IMG/VR virus record: IMGVR_UViG_3300033182_000318
Coordinates: 1-56,842 of that record
DNA length: 56,842 nucleotides
Source: a virus
Taxonomy: Duplodnaviria; Caudoviricetes
Strand: one strand, 5' to 3'
A model generated the notes under the pieces. It worked only from the letters and a program-made list of their open reading frames with translations, did not search any database and had not been told where the DNA came from. Positions within the stretch are counted from its first letter, which is position 1. The number at the start of each line of letters is the position of its first letter. The translations under genes and the position numbers were made by a program. Positions 20,365 to 30,149 of the stretch are shown piece by piece.

Positions 20365-21432
20365 TCAGTCTAACCAAACATTTTCATAATCTGCTGTGAC
20401 GATACCTTTTTTAGGATTAACAAACATCATTCTTTGAGCAGGTAATCCTAAAGCACCTAAGTTTTCCGCAGCATAGTAGTTATTAGATTCTGGCGAAGGA
20501 CTACATCTCATAGTGATACCAGCATCTGTCCAAGTTAATTGTTGATGCCAATGACCAAAAGCTACATCTTTAAAGTCTGGAAATGGCATATCTGGTTGCG
20601 AACCTAATGCTTTCCAAGCGACAACTTTCTTTTTGACACCATACCATGGAATACCTAACTGACCACGGAATTGGTCACCGTGAACAAGTAGGCAAGAATA
20701 TTTACCGATAGTATCCACAGCATACCAACCTCTATCACCTTCAAAGGCTTCAGGATTTACCCATTCTAATCTTTTCTCTCCAGAAAACATTAATTTAGTA
20801 GTTTCATACAAAATTCTATCTGCATTGTCTTCAGGATGAAAAGTTCCATATCTACCAATTCTTCCATGGTTACCAATAACAGAAGTTACTTTGACTTCAT
20901 CAAAAGTGGCTAACATTTCTCTAATAAAATTAGTTAATGTTTCTAAGCCATTTTTCATTAACTGTCTATACAAACCAGAATCAACTACCCACGCTTGACC
21001 AGGGAATATATCAATACCTTCAACAATATCTCCTAATATCCAAATATGAGCTTTTTTAATATTGTGTGATTTTCTATGTATAGCTGTTATCTCTTGAACT
21101 TTTTTAGCATACTGTGCAATTCTTTGCTGACATATTTCCGAATTGTAAGTCGGTGTTTTTTTACCCATTTGCCAGTCAGCCAACATAATGACAGCTACTT
21201 CTTCGTTCTTACTTTTAGCAACTGTTAATTTTGGTGGTTTAACTGGTGGTATATCAATATCAGCTATTGAATCTTGTACTGCATTGTAAATAGCATCTAC
21301 CAATTCATCTTGATTGTTTTTTAGCTTATCTACTTGCTTGTGTAAACGATTTATTGTCTTTTGTAAATCTTTTACTTTTTCTGATTCAGATTCAGCGATT
21401 AAATCTGCAATTTCTTTATCTTTAAGTGTCAT
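20365..21432 (-). CDS. Calcineurin-like metallophosphoesterase
   Basis: ADWQMG, LGDIVEG, GNHG, HGD and GHWH motifs. Confidence 0.85.
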   Translation of the reverse strand: MTLKDKEIADLIAESESEKVKDLQKTINRLHKQVDKLKNNQDELVDAIYNAVQDSIADIDIPPVKPPKLTVAKSKNEEVAVIMLADWQMGKKTPTYNSEICQQRIAQYAKKVQEITAIHRKSHNIKKAHIWILGDIVEGIDIFPGQAWVVDSGLYRQLMKNGLETLTNFIREMLATFDEVKVTSVIGNHGRIGRYGTFHPEDNADRILYETTKLMFSGEKRLEWVNPEAFEGDRGWYAVDTIGKYSCLLVHGDQFRGQLGIPWYGVKKKVVAWKALGSQPDMPFPDFKDVAFGHWHQQLTWTDAGITMRCSPSPESNNYYAAENLGALGLPAQRMMFVNPKKGIVTADYENVWLD

Positions 21433-21444
21433 ACCAGCCCTGCT

Positions 21445-21690
21445 TTACAATTCTTTACCGCTATCGATTAACGATAGGATATTTCTTCTGAAGGTATCTA
21501 CTGTACCTTTGAATCCAAATTTTTCTTTGCATATTCTATGTGCTGGTGCAAATGGTACTGCAATATTTTGTTCGTTGCAATGTTTTATTAAAGCATTGAT
21601 ATATTGTTTTCCATCAGCAGAAATGCTGTCTATCAGCATTGTTTTTCCATGTGATTCAAACGTGGATTCAATTAATTTATTAACGTCCAT
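21445..21690 (-). CDS. Hypothetical protein
   Basis: 81 aa with AGGAG RBS. Confidence 0.55.
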   Translation of the reverse strand: MDVNKLIESTFESHGKTMLIDSISADGKQYINALIKHCNEQNIAVPFAPAHRICKEKFGFKGTVDTFRRNILSLIDSGKEL

Positions 21691-21756
21691 TTTTCTCCTT
21701 AAATAAGTTAAGGGTATTTTAATATAAGTTTTTAGTAATGGTAGTTTATTTACGTA

Positions 21757-23019
21757 TTATTTTTTAGACATTTTCCAAGTACCGCCTCTAGCCTTATAGG
21801 TTTTAGATGCCCATGCGTTAGCGTATGCACTTGGATATACGTTAAATTTTGATTTAGTTTCAGCTAGAACTGATTGCCAGAGCTTTGGTTTAGTTGGAAT
21901 TGGCTTGGCTTTGGATATTTTTTTTTTCTTCTTTTTCTTGTAATCCCATTCAGTATTTGCGACATGAACATCACCTGGTGTTATGTCTTTTTTAACATTT
22001 TGATATCTTTCTAATAATCTACGACCTTTTGCAGCTAATTTAGCAGCATCTTGTCTATTCTTAGGAACTGGTTCACCCCAAGCATTAGCTGATAGAGCAA
22101 GTCTTGATGGTTGCCCATTAGGTTTAACCATTGGACCACTAGGATTGGTAAAAAATCTTGTTAAGAAAGAACCTTTTCTTCTCATCTTTTCTGGTGTGTT
22201 AGCAGGTCCTTTAACACCAGGTTTTAAATTAGCACCTTCAGTTCTTTTAAAGTGTTCACGTCCAGCTTGTGTTAATCCACCTTTTGGGTCTTTTAATATT
22301 GGATGACCAACTTTATGTGATTTTTTAACTTTTTTAGATTCTGATATAGCAATAGCCATTGCTTGTTTTCTATCAGTAACTAATTTACCACTAGAAGATT
22401 TTAATTTTTTATTATAAAACTCACGCATAACCATGCCGATTTTATCTTTCCCTGCACCTTTACCCACAGCTTTTTGTGATTCCATGTGAGCTTGATTAAA
22501 AGTTTTGCCATCTAAAATTCTTTTTCTCATATCTTTAATATGTTTTGGTGTGTGATGTTTAGAGTGTGCTTTTAATTTCTTCTCATCTTTTGTAGAAATA
22601 GCTTTTCCTACTTCTAACATTTCCATATCAACTAATTCTCTTTTACCTTTTCCGTGTACTGAAAATCCTGTATATGAACCATCTTTTACTTTTTCCCAAA
22701 CATCATCATTATCAACTTTAAATCCTATCCACCAACCAGCAGGGATGTTATCAGATTTTGATACTAAACCGAGAGCTTCTAATTTATCTGGAGTAACAAC
22801 AAAAGATTCTACAACTCTTGCAACATTTTGATTAATGTGCATTTCAGCACCATTTCTGGAATGAAGAACATAATCGTATGCAGCTTTTTCTAATTCTCCA
22901 ATGTCGTCAATGAAATCTCCTTGTGAATCAACATAGACTTCACCATCTTCATCTTTTATAATATTTGCCCAACCGAATACTAATCTTTGGTCGTTATCAA
23001 ACTTTATGATTTCGTTCAT
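21757..23019 (-). CDS. XkdF-like putative prohead protease fused to basic C-terminal domains
   Basis: QRLVFGWA...DSQGD...MH...VVES...WWIGFKV...YTGFSVHG; start set to MNEIIK (TACAAT 7 nt upstream). Confidence 0.75.
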   Translation of the reverse strand: MNEIIKFDNDQRLVFGWANIIKDEDGEVYVDSQGDFIDDIGELEKAAYDYVLHSRNGAEMHINQNVARVVESFVVTPDKLEALGLVSKSDNIPAGWWIGFKVDNDDVWEKVKDGSYTGFSVHGKGKRELVDMEMLEVGKAISTKDEKKLKAHSKHHTPKHIKDMRKRILDGKTFNQAHMESQKAVGKGAGKDKIGMVMREFYNKKLKSSSGKLVTDRKQAMAIAISESKKVKKSHKVGHPILKDPKGGLTQAGREHFKRTEGANLKPGVKGPANTPEKMRRKGSFLTRFFTNPSGPMVKPNGQPSRLALSANAWGEPVPKNRQDAAKLAAKGRRLLERYQNVKKDITPGDVHVANTEWDYKKKKKKKISKAKPIPTKPKLWQSVLAETKSKFNVYPSAYANAWASKTYKARGGTWKMSKK

Positions 23020-23858
23020 GTTGTAGATTGTACAGGATGTAATTGGCATCTGCAATTTGGATGAATTGGAGGAGATTGATATGCACCCATTGAGGTTTGG
23101 AAGTATTGTCCAGCTAAAACAATATCATTTGCCGAAGGTGCACATTTAACACAAGGTTGAGCATCTGTTATCCATTGAACAGGTGTTGGTGTTCCTGTAG
23201 ATTTCCATACTTCTAATTTTGCAGTTTCAATAGCAGTTTGTACTTCTGTTTGTGCTATTAACTGTGCCCTTTGATTTAATAATTTAGCTGAATAATCAGA
23301 TACTTGTTTGTTTATTTTTGATTGAGATATACCTTTTGTAGATAAATTATTTCTTAAATTTTCAACAGCTCTAGCTCCTCTAGTGTCTAATCCAATATTG
23401 TCTTTTACTCTTTTTGCTATTTCTGAAACACTAGCACCAGTTCTTATTCCATTTCCGATTGTTTCTCTTAAAGCTAATTGTGTTTGTTTACTTATTCCTT
23501 CAACTAAAACTGCACCTCTTTCTTGTGCAAACTTAGAAGCTAATCCGTTTATCAATTCTGGGTTATCAGGTATAGCTCTCGCTAATTTTGAATAAGCCAG
23601 GGATGCAGCCTGAGTAAAAACAAATGCACCTAAAGCTAACATTAAAGTGCTATCGAATTGAGTAATTTCTTCGTCTAAAACGTTCTGCTCGTTAAAGTTT
23701 TTAGATAATTTAGCAATTTCTGATTTATATAATTTTTCAGCTTCACGAATAGTATCTTCGTAGATTTTTTCATATTCTTCAAAATCTTCGATTACTTGTT
23801 TTCTATTTTCCTTCGGATTTATTGCCTTCAGGATTAAATTCTTGTCTAACTGCTTCAC
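23016..23858 (-). CDS. Head morphogenesis protein (Mu gpF/SPP1 gp7-like)
   Basis: RAQLIAQTE, CVKC and PPIHPNCRC motifs; follows portal. Confidence 0.85.
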   Translation of the reverse strand: MKQLDKNLILKAINPKENRKQVIEDFEEYEKIYEDTIREAEKLYKSEIAKLSKNFNEQNVLDEEITQFDSTLMLALGAFVFTQAASLAYSKLARAIPDNPELINGLASKFAQERGAVLVEGISKQTQLALRETIGNGIRTGASVSEIAKRVKDNIGLDTRGARAVENLRNNLSTKGISQSKINKQVSDYSAKLLNQRAQLIAQTEVQTAIETAKLEVWKSTGTPTPVQWITDAQPCVKCAPSANDIVLAGQYFQTSMGAYQSPPIHPNCRCQLHPVQSTT

Positions 23859-25305
23859 GAGCTTGTTCCCTTACTTGATTTACTGTTTCTTGTTGCTGTG
23901 CTAATTGGACAATTTTTTGATAATCAATATCAGCAATTCCTGATGAATTATTTGGGTCTTGTGGTTTCAAATAATCTTGACTATCTTGTTTTGGCAATGT
24001 AGCAATCTGTCTTAAATATTCTTCAAGTTTTTGGTCAGGGAATATTTGCATACCAGAACCAGCAAGAGTAGATATGTATTGAGCCAACTCTTGTAGTGAT
24101 GGTGTTTCCAAATCACTGTGTCTTAGTTTTGGTAATCTAGTTGTATCAAAACCATTGATTTGAAATAATTTTGGAATAGCATAATCGTTAAATACATTTG
24201 TTATATTGTCTAAGTAACTTTCTAATGCTACTGCAAATAATCTTGTTTTATTTCCTGCTAATGAATAAGAACCTGTTCCACCATGACCTAATAAAATAAA
24301 GTCTGCTAATACTGTCATAGCAATTCTTTGTTCGTATCTGGTAACAATAGCTGTTGTGTCAAACTGTCTACTTCCACCAGAATTTAAAAGACCAAATTCG
24401 TATAATGGCTTTCCTGAAGCATCATAAACTCTAGGAAAGATAATTCCTTCTTGTGTATCTCTACGAACATTAACAATTAATTTTTTAATAGCTTCTAACA
24501 TTGCTTGTTGGTCAGCAGTTGCACCAGCAGCCATAATAGCTGGGTCTACATAAGCTATTGGAATACCAGCTAAATCTCTTTCTACACCAATACCTTCTAT
24601 TTCTTCAATTCTTTTTTTGAAGTACCAAGAACGATAAGCGTTTCTTAAAATAGAACGACCTTCAGGATTATTTTTATGTGATTGTGTTCTGAATAATAAA
24701 CATTTTTCCATTGGAATAACTACTTGTTTGTAGCTTGGTGGAGCTAACTGCATAGCACCACGAATGCCACCTTGTGGGTCAAATATCCAATGGTCTATGG
24801 TGTCTTGGGCACGCATTGGCATCTTTCTCCAACCAATTCTTCCATCTGTAAACTTAGAACGTTGTGTTGGGTCTGTTGTTTCCATACCACCACGCCTTTT
24901 GTAAACTATTTCATGTAAGCTAAATCCATACACAAGCATTGACATAACTTCAGAAACAAATTCAAGCCATGTGTTAGACATATCATCCATACACTCTTGA
25001 ACAAATTGTGCTTGTTTGACATCATCTCTTTTAGCTGAGAATGGTTCAACATCCCATTTAGTACTTCTAATAATTTGGTCTACGGCAAATAAAATAGCAC
25101 CGATAATAGCATCATTGTCTGCCATTTCACGATATGTTTTCATTCCCTTTCGACCTTGTAAGTCGTACAGGAACTCCTCCATCACATATCCAGCTTGTCT
25201 GTTTAATCCAGACATACCAAACTCTGACATACCTACTCTGGAATTAACATTAGGAGCAGAATCTCCTAACGCTTTATTTATTTGTTCAAAATCTTTTTCA
25301 CTCAT
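23803..25305 (-). CDS. Portal protein (Mu gp29/DUF935-like)
   Basis: 500 aa; YGFSLHEIVY, NPEGRSILRNAY, ERDLAGIP, GSYSL motifs. Confidence 0.85.
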   Translation of the reverse strand: MSEKDFEQINKALGDSAPNVNSRVGMSEFGMSGLNRQAGYVMEEFLYDLQGRKGMKTYREMADNDAIIGAILFAVDQIIRSTKWDVEPFSAKRDDVKQAQFVQECMDDMSNTWLEFVSEVMSMLVYGFSLHEIVYKRRGGMETTDPTQRSKFTDGRIGWRKMPMRAQDTIDHWIFDPQGGIRGAMQLAPPSYKQVVIPMEKCLLFRTQSHKNNPEGRSILRNAYRSWYFKKRIEEIEGIGVERDLAGIPIAYVDPAIMAAGATADQQAMLEAIKKLIVNVRRDTQEGIIFPRVYDASGKPLYEFGLLNSGGSRQFDTTAIVTRYEQRIAMTVLADFILLGHGGTGSYSLAGNKTRLFAVALESYLDNITNVFNDYAIPKLFQINGFDTTRLPKLRHSDLETPSLQELAQYISTLAGSGMQIFPDQKLEEYLRQIATLPKQDSQDYLKPQDPNNSSGIADIDYQKIVQLAQQQETVNQVREQAREAVRQEFNPEGNKSEGK

Positions 25306-26233
25306 CTTCAGGAAACCACATCTCTGCTTCTGTAAATAACTCTTTTCTTTGTTCTTTAGTTAAATCTGCTGGGTCTTTAGCCCAGTCTGATTTATACCTT
25401 CCAACCATTATTGGTATTTCCATCTTATCACAAACACTAACACCTGCCATTTTGCCTGCGTCATCATTGTCAAAACATAGCACAATATAGGCAGGGTTTA
25501 GGCGGTTTAAGAGCGTTTTTTGAAAATCGCTAAAATTAGACCCTAAAATAGCTAAAGAAGGTATTCCTATTTCCCAAAAAGACAAAGCATCAATAGAACC
25601 TTCAACCAAAGCAACACCTCCATCATACTTCAGCTTTTTAAAGTTCTCGTTTATCAAGTTATCTTTTTGATATTCATGCTGACCATATAAAAATCCAGCT
25701 TTATTAAATCCTTTTGGATATAAATAACGAATATTAGCTTCTGGGTCTAATCTTCTTTTGATTACACCAAGAATTTTTCCGTGATGTGTTTTCAAAGGAA
25801 TAGTTGCAGAATTAGTTAATGGGTCATATCCCAAATCAAACCTTTCTACAGTTTCTTCACTTAATCCACGGCTTTCCCAATATTCATGTGGATATTTATA
25901 TTGGTCTAACCATTTTGGTTCAAAATATTCAGTATCAGAATCCATTGTTGGGTCTGTAATGTATTCATCTAATTCACGAATAATATTATCGATAGCATCA
26001 ACAGGAATTTCTTGTAGATGTGGATAATTTTTCTTAATACCTAATCTTCGTAATAAAGTATTCCAATTACCTTTTTCATTACAACCATGACAAATCCATA
26101 ATCCATTTTTTTTATTAACGGCAAAACTAGGATTGTTGTCTGAATGAAATGGACATCTACAATAATATTCTTCTTCAGATTCAGTTACAACGTCTAAATG
26201 TTGATTGACTATCTTTCCTCTATAATCCATCAC
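25298..26233 (-). CDS. dnaG: DNA primase (CHC2 Zn finger + TOPRIM)
   Basis: CPFH...CHGC; VEGSIDA; FDNDDAG; KDPAD. Confidence 0.9.
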   Translation of the reverse strand: MMDYRGKIVNQHLDVVTESEEEYYCRCPFHSDNNPSFAVNKKNGLWICHGCNEKGNWNTLLRRLGIKKNYPHLQEIPVDAIDNIIRELDEYITDPTMDSDTEYFEPKWLDQYKYPHEYWESRGLSEETVERFDLGYDPLTNSATIPLKTHHGKILGVIKRRLDPEANIRYLYPKGFNKAGFLYGQHEYQKDNLINENFKKLKYDGGVALVEGSIDALSFWEIGIPSLAILGSNFSDFQKTLLNRLNPAYIVLCFDNDDAGKMAGVSVCDKMEIPIMVGRYKSDWAKDPADLTKEQRKELFTEAEMWFPEDE

Positions 26234-26558
26234 GCTTTACCAAATCCATAGCGACATAGTCTATAATTACTGTTTGGTATTCACTAAATTCGAAATATTC
26301 TCCACCAGCAGTATGACCACCTACTTTAATTTTCCAATGATTTTCACCTTTATTATCGGTTACCATTTCTATATTTTCGATAACTACACCTTGTTTGAAG
26401 TTACCTTCCATAACCATTCCTACTTTTAAGTCTGAAGGTTTCATAGCTTTTTGATTACCACCTGGGATAGTTCTTCCATATCCCAGATAGTATTTAACAT
26501 TTGTTTTTCTTGACATTTTTCCCCTTTCTATCAAGACAAATTCTACTTCGTCTGTCAT
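26220..26558 (-). CDS. Hypothetical protein
   Basis: 112 aa ORF in replication operon. Confidence 0.55.
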   Translation of the reverse strand: MTDEVEFVLIERGKMSRKTNVKYYLGYGRTIPGGNQKAMKPSDLKVGMVMEGNFKQGVVIENIEMVTDNKGENHWKIKVGGHTAGGEYFEFSEYQTVIIDYVAMDLVKRDGL

Positions 26559-26731
26559 TTGATTAATTCACGTCCACGAACACGTGGAAACTTTTTTTCA
26601 TGATGTTGAAAGCAAAATTTTTGTTTATTATATTGGCTAAGAACTTGTTCACAATCTTTATTTTCACAAACTCTGCCTTTAGCAAAAGTTTTACTTTTTC
26701 GAGCTTTAGGTTTTCTAGTTCCTTCTATCAT
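26555..26731 (-). CDS. Small putative Zn-binding protein (58 aa)
   Basis: Hand-translated MIEGTRKPK...GRVCENKDCEQVLSQYNKQKFCFQHH; ATGA overlaps at both ends. Confidence 0.65.
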   Translation of the reverse strand: MIEGTRKPKARKSKTFAKGRVCENKDCEQVLSQYNKQKFCFQHHEKKFPRVRGRELIK

Positions 26732-26886
26732 TTGTTTTCTACTTGTTCTGATATAGCAAAAACACCAATATTAAATTGATTTGGTATATTTTTTATATCG
26801 TCTTCGGCATATTTAATTGCCTGTTCTTCATTTTCAGCTAGGTAAGTTTTTTTACCGCTTAGTAAGATGTTAAATTTTTTCATCAT
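26728..26886 (-). CDS. Small hypothetical protein (52 aa)
   Basis: Hand-translated MMKKFNILLSG...AENEEQAI; coupled to the next ORF. Confidence 0.5.
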   Translation of the reverse strand: MMKKFNILLSGKKTYLAENEEQAIKYAEDDIKNIPNQFNIGVFAISEQVENK

Positions 26887-27049
26887 CTTCCTTTCTTTTA
26901 ACTATTTCCATAGTAATTTCTTGATTTAAGTTGTCAATGATTTGGTTAAACTTTTTTTCATACAACTTTTTGAGTAAAAACTCTGGGTCATCTTTTAATT
27001 CTTTAGCTTTAAAGATAACCCATTGAGTTTCACTATTCCAAAGACTCAT
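26870..27049 (-). CDS. Small hypothetical protein (59 aa)
   Basis: Hand-translated MSLWNSETQW...; start overlaps dnaB stop (TGATG). Confidence 0.5.
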   Translation of the reverse strand: MSLWNSETQWVIFKAKELKDDPEFLLKKLYEKKFNQIIDNLNQEITMEIVKRKEDDEKI

Positions 27050-28335
27050 CAGTCATATTCCAAATCATCTTGGTCTGAGATAATCAAATCTTGTGCATCA
27101 TCTCCAGATATTTCTTCAAACGAACCAGAACCTGGTGTAAATTTACAAAACCAGTTTTTGTTATCTTGTCCATGTCTGAATTTAGCTAATTTGAATTTAA
27201 CAACGTGGGGAGATTTCTGTACCAGAGTGACTACACAGTCCGCATCCATACCTATGGCATCAGATTGGGATAAATGAATTACTGAAGGGGGTTCGTTACC
27301 TCCACCTTCTCTATTCATTTGTGCAGCAGATATAATCGGGATATCATATCTCTGAGCTATTGCTTTGATATCAGCACTTAACGAAGCAACAGCTCGCCAA
27401 TCATCTCCCCCTGACTTCAACAAAGTTAAATAGTCTATATAAACAACAGTTGGCTTATGTTCTTGTATTCTACTAGCAACAACTGCTGGAGAAACTGCTC
27501 CTCTACTACCGTCTACTACTGTAAAACTTCCTTTAATTTTTTTAGGAAGTTCTTGTAAGAATTTTTTGTATTCTCTGATATCAAAGTTTTCACCTTTCAT
27601 TAAATCTAAAGATTTGAAAGTTTCTTTTCCATATTCTGAAGAAAGAAAACTTTGTACCCTAAACCCAATTTGTTTTGAAGGTTGTTCTAAAGATACAAAT
27701 AAAACTTTTTCTCCTGCTTGTAATGCTGAACAAGCCATACGAATTAAAGTCCAAGTTTTTCCTTGTCCTAATCTAGCTCCTATTACCCAGAAATCTCCTC
27801 CTGATGCTCCACCAGTTAAATTATCTAAAGTTGGGAAGCCAGTTGGTATTCCTGCTAAACCTCTTTTATCTTTTGCAGCTATTCTTCTTTCAATATCTGC
27901 TAGTAAATAATCTCCATCTGATACAACATCTAAAGTACTAGAACCAGTATTAACTTTTTTCTGAAGTAACAAAATATCTTGATACAAAGAATCTAATAAC
28001 TTAGAACCTTGTTCTTTTTCTTTTATATCTTCAAAAGTATTTTTCATTAAAGAACTTAACTTAGTTCTAACATAGTTATCTTTAACTTCTGAACAAAAAT
28101 GTTCTAAGTCATCTACCTTGTACAAAGTAACTTCAGGGAAGTTAGTTTTAAAAGCATTAGTACTAGGTAAAGTTCTATGCTGTATAAAGTACTTTTCTAT
28201 CCAAGAATATTCTTCAGGATATGATATAAAGTATTCTCTACTTATTCCTTGTTCAGCTATTACTGCGTAGTCTTTTCTGCGTAGCAAAGCAGAAACAAGA
28301 AGTATTTCAGGATGTGCTGACATCTTCTGCTCCAA
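27049..28335 (-). CDS. dnaB: DnaB-like replicative helicase
   Basis: IPTGFPTLD; Walker A GARLGQGKT; SLEQ; IDYL; AQMNR; DAD; KFRHG. Confidence 0.9.
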   Translation of the reverse strand: MEQKMSAHPEILLVSALLRRKDYAVIAEQGISREYFISYPEEYSWIEKYFIQHRTLPSTNAFKTNFPEVTLYKVDDLEHFCSEVKDNYVRTKLSSLMKNTFEDIKEKEQGSKLLDSLYQDILLLQKKVNTGSSTLDVVSDGDYLLADIERRIAAKDKRGLAGIPTGFPTLDNLTGGASGGDFWVIGARLGQGKTWTLIRMACSALQAGEKVLFVSLEQPSKQIGFRVQSFLSSEYGKETFKSLDLMKGENFDIREYKKFLQELPKKIKGSFTVVDGSRGAVSPAVVASRIQEHKPTVVYIDYLTLLKSGGDDWRAVASLSADIKAIAQRYDIPIISAAQMNREGGGNEPPSVIHLSQSDAIGMDADCVVTLVQKSPHVVKFKLAKFRHGQDNKNWFCKFTPGSGSFEEISGDDAQDLIISDQDDLEYD

Positions 28336-28462
28336 TCGTCTTATCTATTCAGTTGTTACACAAGCTCTTGTGATAAGAAAGTAATTTACACCATATTGAT
28401 TTTTATGTGTAGTTTTTTTAAATATTTTTTTTTACTAGACTGTTTTGTGAAGGAGAAGATAA

Positions 28463-28651
28463 ATGGAAAAATACAAAGACCTTTTAGAAAGAGTTGGATT
28501 TACATTTGCAGAAGCATTCATTGCTTCCATAACTGTAGCTCCACTCATTGAATTAGATGCTTCAACTTTACAGTTGGCAATCATTGCAGGTGCTTCAGCA
28601 GCTCTTGTTGTTGTAAAAGAATTTGTAAAAAATAATATGCCTAGTAAGTAA
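28463..28651 (+). CDS. Holin (r1t-like actinophage type)
   Basis: DLLERVGFTFAEAF...AGASAALVVVK; two TM segments; AAGGAG RBS. Confidence 0.7.
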   Translation: MEKYKDLLERVGFTFAEAFIASITVAPLIELDASTLQLAIIAGASAALVVVKEFVKNNMPSK

Positions 28652-28654
28652 TAC

Positions 28655-28663
28655 TGGTATAAT
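28655..28663 (+). promoter_or_regulatory. Extended -10 promoter for the TLD RNA
   Basis: TGGTATAAT, 7 nt upstream of G1 at 28671. Confidence 0.7.
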
Positions 28664-28670
28664 TATTTTA

Positions 28671-28750
28671 GGGCTGGTACTGGAAAGACTTGCTAAGTGT
28701 TGCGGGACAGTTAGTGAGTAACGAGGGTTCGATTCCCTCCCAGTCCACAA
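28671..28750 (+). ncRNA. tmRNA-like RNA reduced to the tRNA-like domain (TLD only)
   Basis: Acceptor GGGCTGG/CCAGTCC with G3.U70 and discriminator A; stemless D-loop TACTGGAAAG; helix ACTTGCTAA/TTAGTGAGT; T-arm GAGGG-TTCGATT-CCCTC; no anticodon arm or tag ORF. Confidence 0.75.
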
Positions 28751-28751
28751 C

Positions 28752-28940
28752 ATGGACGATTTAGAGAAAGAAATTCAAAGACAAGCTAAAGAGCTAGTAG
28801 CTAGTTTAGAACACCTTTTGTCATTAATAGGTGAATATTCAAATCCTAGAATGTATCGTTGTTCTGTTTGTAAAAGAAAGTTATCCAATCACAAAGAAAA
28901 TATCTTTTGTAAAGACAGAGAGCATTTTACAAAAGGTTGA
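28752..28940 (+). CDS. Small putative Zn-binding protein
   Basis: CSVC...H....C; starts right after the RNA 3' end. Confidence 0.55.
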   Translation: MDDLEKEIQRQAKELVASLEHLLSLIGEYSNPRMYRCSVCKRKLSNHKENIFCKDREHFTKG

Positions 28941-29383
28941 AAATTTTCTCCCAAATTTTTTCTGGGGAAATTATGCCACTAAGGTAAATCGTCTTCTGTT
29001 AGACCCCAATTTAAGCCTTCTGGGATAGTTCTAAGGGATTGTTTTACTTTCTTTGGTGTTTTTTTATATTGGTCTGCTTCATGGCGAATCAGCACCGAAG
29101 TCAAGATGGCGTTTGGCGAAGCGGAAACAAAAAAAAATTTACGATTCTTACTCAACCACAGCCTCGCTTTGCTCGGCACAACAATACTCACTACCATACT
29201 TACAATTACAAATAGTGATATACGTACCGTCTTCATTTTTTGTTGTCATACACATAGAAATCAATCGTATCATATAAAAAAAAGAAGTCCATTTAGTGTG
29301 GGTGGTGAATCGGTTGCCCGACTCGGGTGGTTTCACATCCAAATAGACTTCTTTTGAATATATATATTAAATAAATCAATTTA

Positions 29384-29412
29384 AGAATAGTTCATATCGA
29401 TTTTTTTGTCAA
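29384..29412 (-). promoter_or_regulatory. Sigma70-type promoter
   Basis: TTGACA-17 nt-TATTCT on minus strand. Confidence 0.65.
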
Positions 29413-29522
29413 GGGAATTTGGGGGATTTTTTCGTCTTTAGCTTGTTGCATTGTAATGGACGATTGAACCTTCTTCTCAGAAGTTTTATATCAGTGACTG
29501 AGAAATCCCCCTCAACTTCCCA
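29413..29522 (-). ncRNA. Candidate ~110-nt structured RNA
   Basis: Ends pair (GGGAAGTTGAGGGGGATTT with AAATCCCCCAAATTCCC); TTGTCA-16-TACAAT upstream; no ORF. Confidence 0.35.
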
Positions 29523-29557
29523 CCTAATATTGTATACTATCTATGTTTTATGACAAA

Positions 29558-29701
29558 TTATTCTTCTTCTGTTTTAGCTATTGCTAGTTTTTTACCAAAA
29601 CGTTTATTGTACTGACGACAACCTACATTTCCGCAAACTCTATAGTTATCTCTAATTTTAAATTGGCTTTTACAACTCTTGCAGTTTTCTATAAATTTCA
29701 T
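29558..29701 (-). CDS. Small Zn-finger protein (47 aa)
   Basis: Hand-translated MKFIENCKSCK...VCGNVGC; AAGGAG upstream. Confidence 0.55.
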   Translation of the reverse strand: MKFIENCKSCKSQFKIRDNYRVCGNVGCRQYNKRFGKKLAIAKTEEE

Positions 29702-29885
29702 GCTCTCAGTTTATCTCCTTCTAAAAATTTTCTGTATATAAAAAATGGGTGACCAACGGATAAGTGGAAAAAGGCAAATTTTTGGGGGGGTGGGGTGCAA
29801 AGTTTTTCATGTTAAGTACTCATCACCAATCTTGTGTATAAATCGCTGCTGCATGGCTACTGAGTTGTTAAACGAGAGCTAAATG

Positions 29886-30137
29886 TCAATCCACTAGCTC
29901 TAGCAACCAGCTCCCATTGATTTTTATGCTCTCAAAATCTGTTTTAATCATGTGCTGCTGTCTGGATAAGTATGCTTTAGTTCTCTTATCTGTATTATGG
30001 CTACTGGTTACATTGGTTGGGCTATTTATTGAGAACGTTGCATTGTTATTTACAAAGTTCCTAGAAACTAAATCCTTTAAATCTACTTGTTCTCCACTCA
30101 CTAACCCTAGCATGAAGGCTTTTTCTATATCAATCAT
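29886..30137 (-). CDS. Hypothetical protein (leaderless)
   Basis: 83 aa; TATAAT 6 nt before ATG. Confidence 0.5.
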   Translation of the reverse strand: MIDIEKAFMLGLVSGEQVDLKDLVSRNFVNNNATFSINSPTNVTSSHNTDKRTKAYLSRQQHMIKTDFESIKINGSWLLELVD

Positions 30138-30149
30138 GAGAACATTATA

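Noticed and set aside
28671-28750. Canonical tRNA gene
   Set aside because: No D-stem and no 7-nt anticodon loop; fits a tmRNA TLD better
28979-29357. Four overlapping short ORFs
   Set aside because: One may be real given the promoter at 29412-29384, but I cannot tell which from sequence alone
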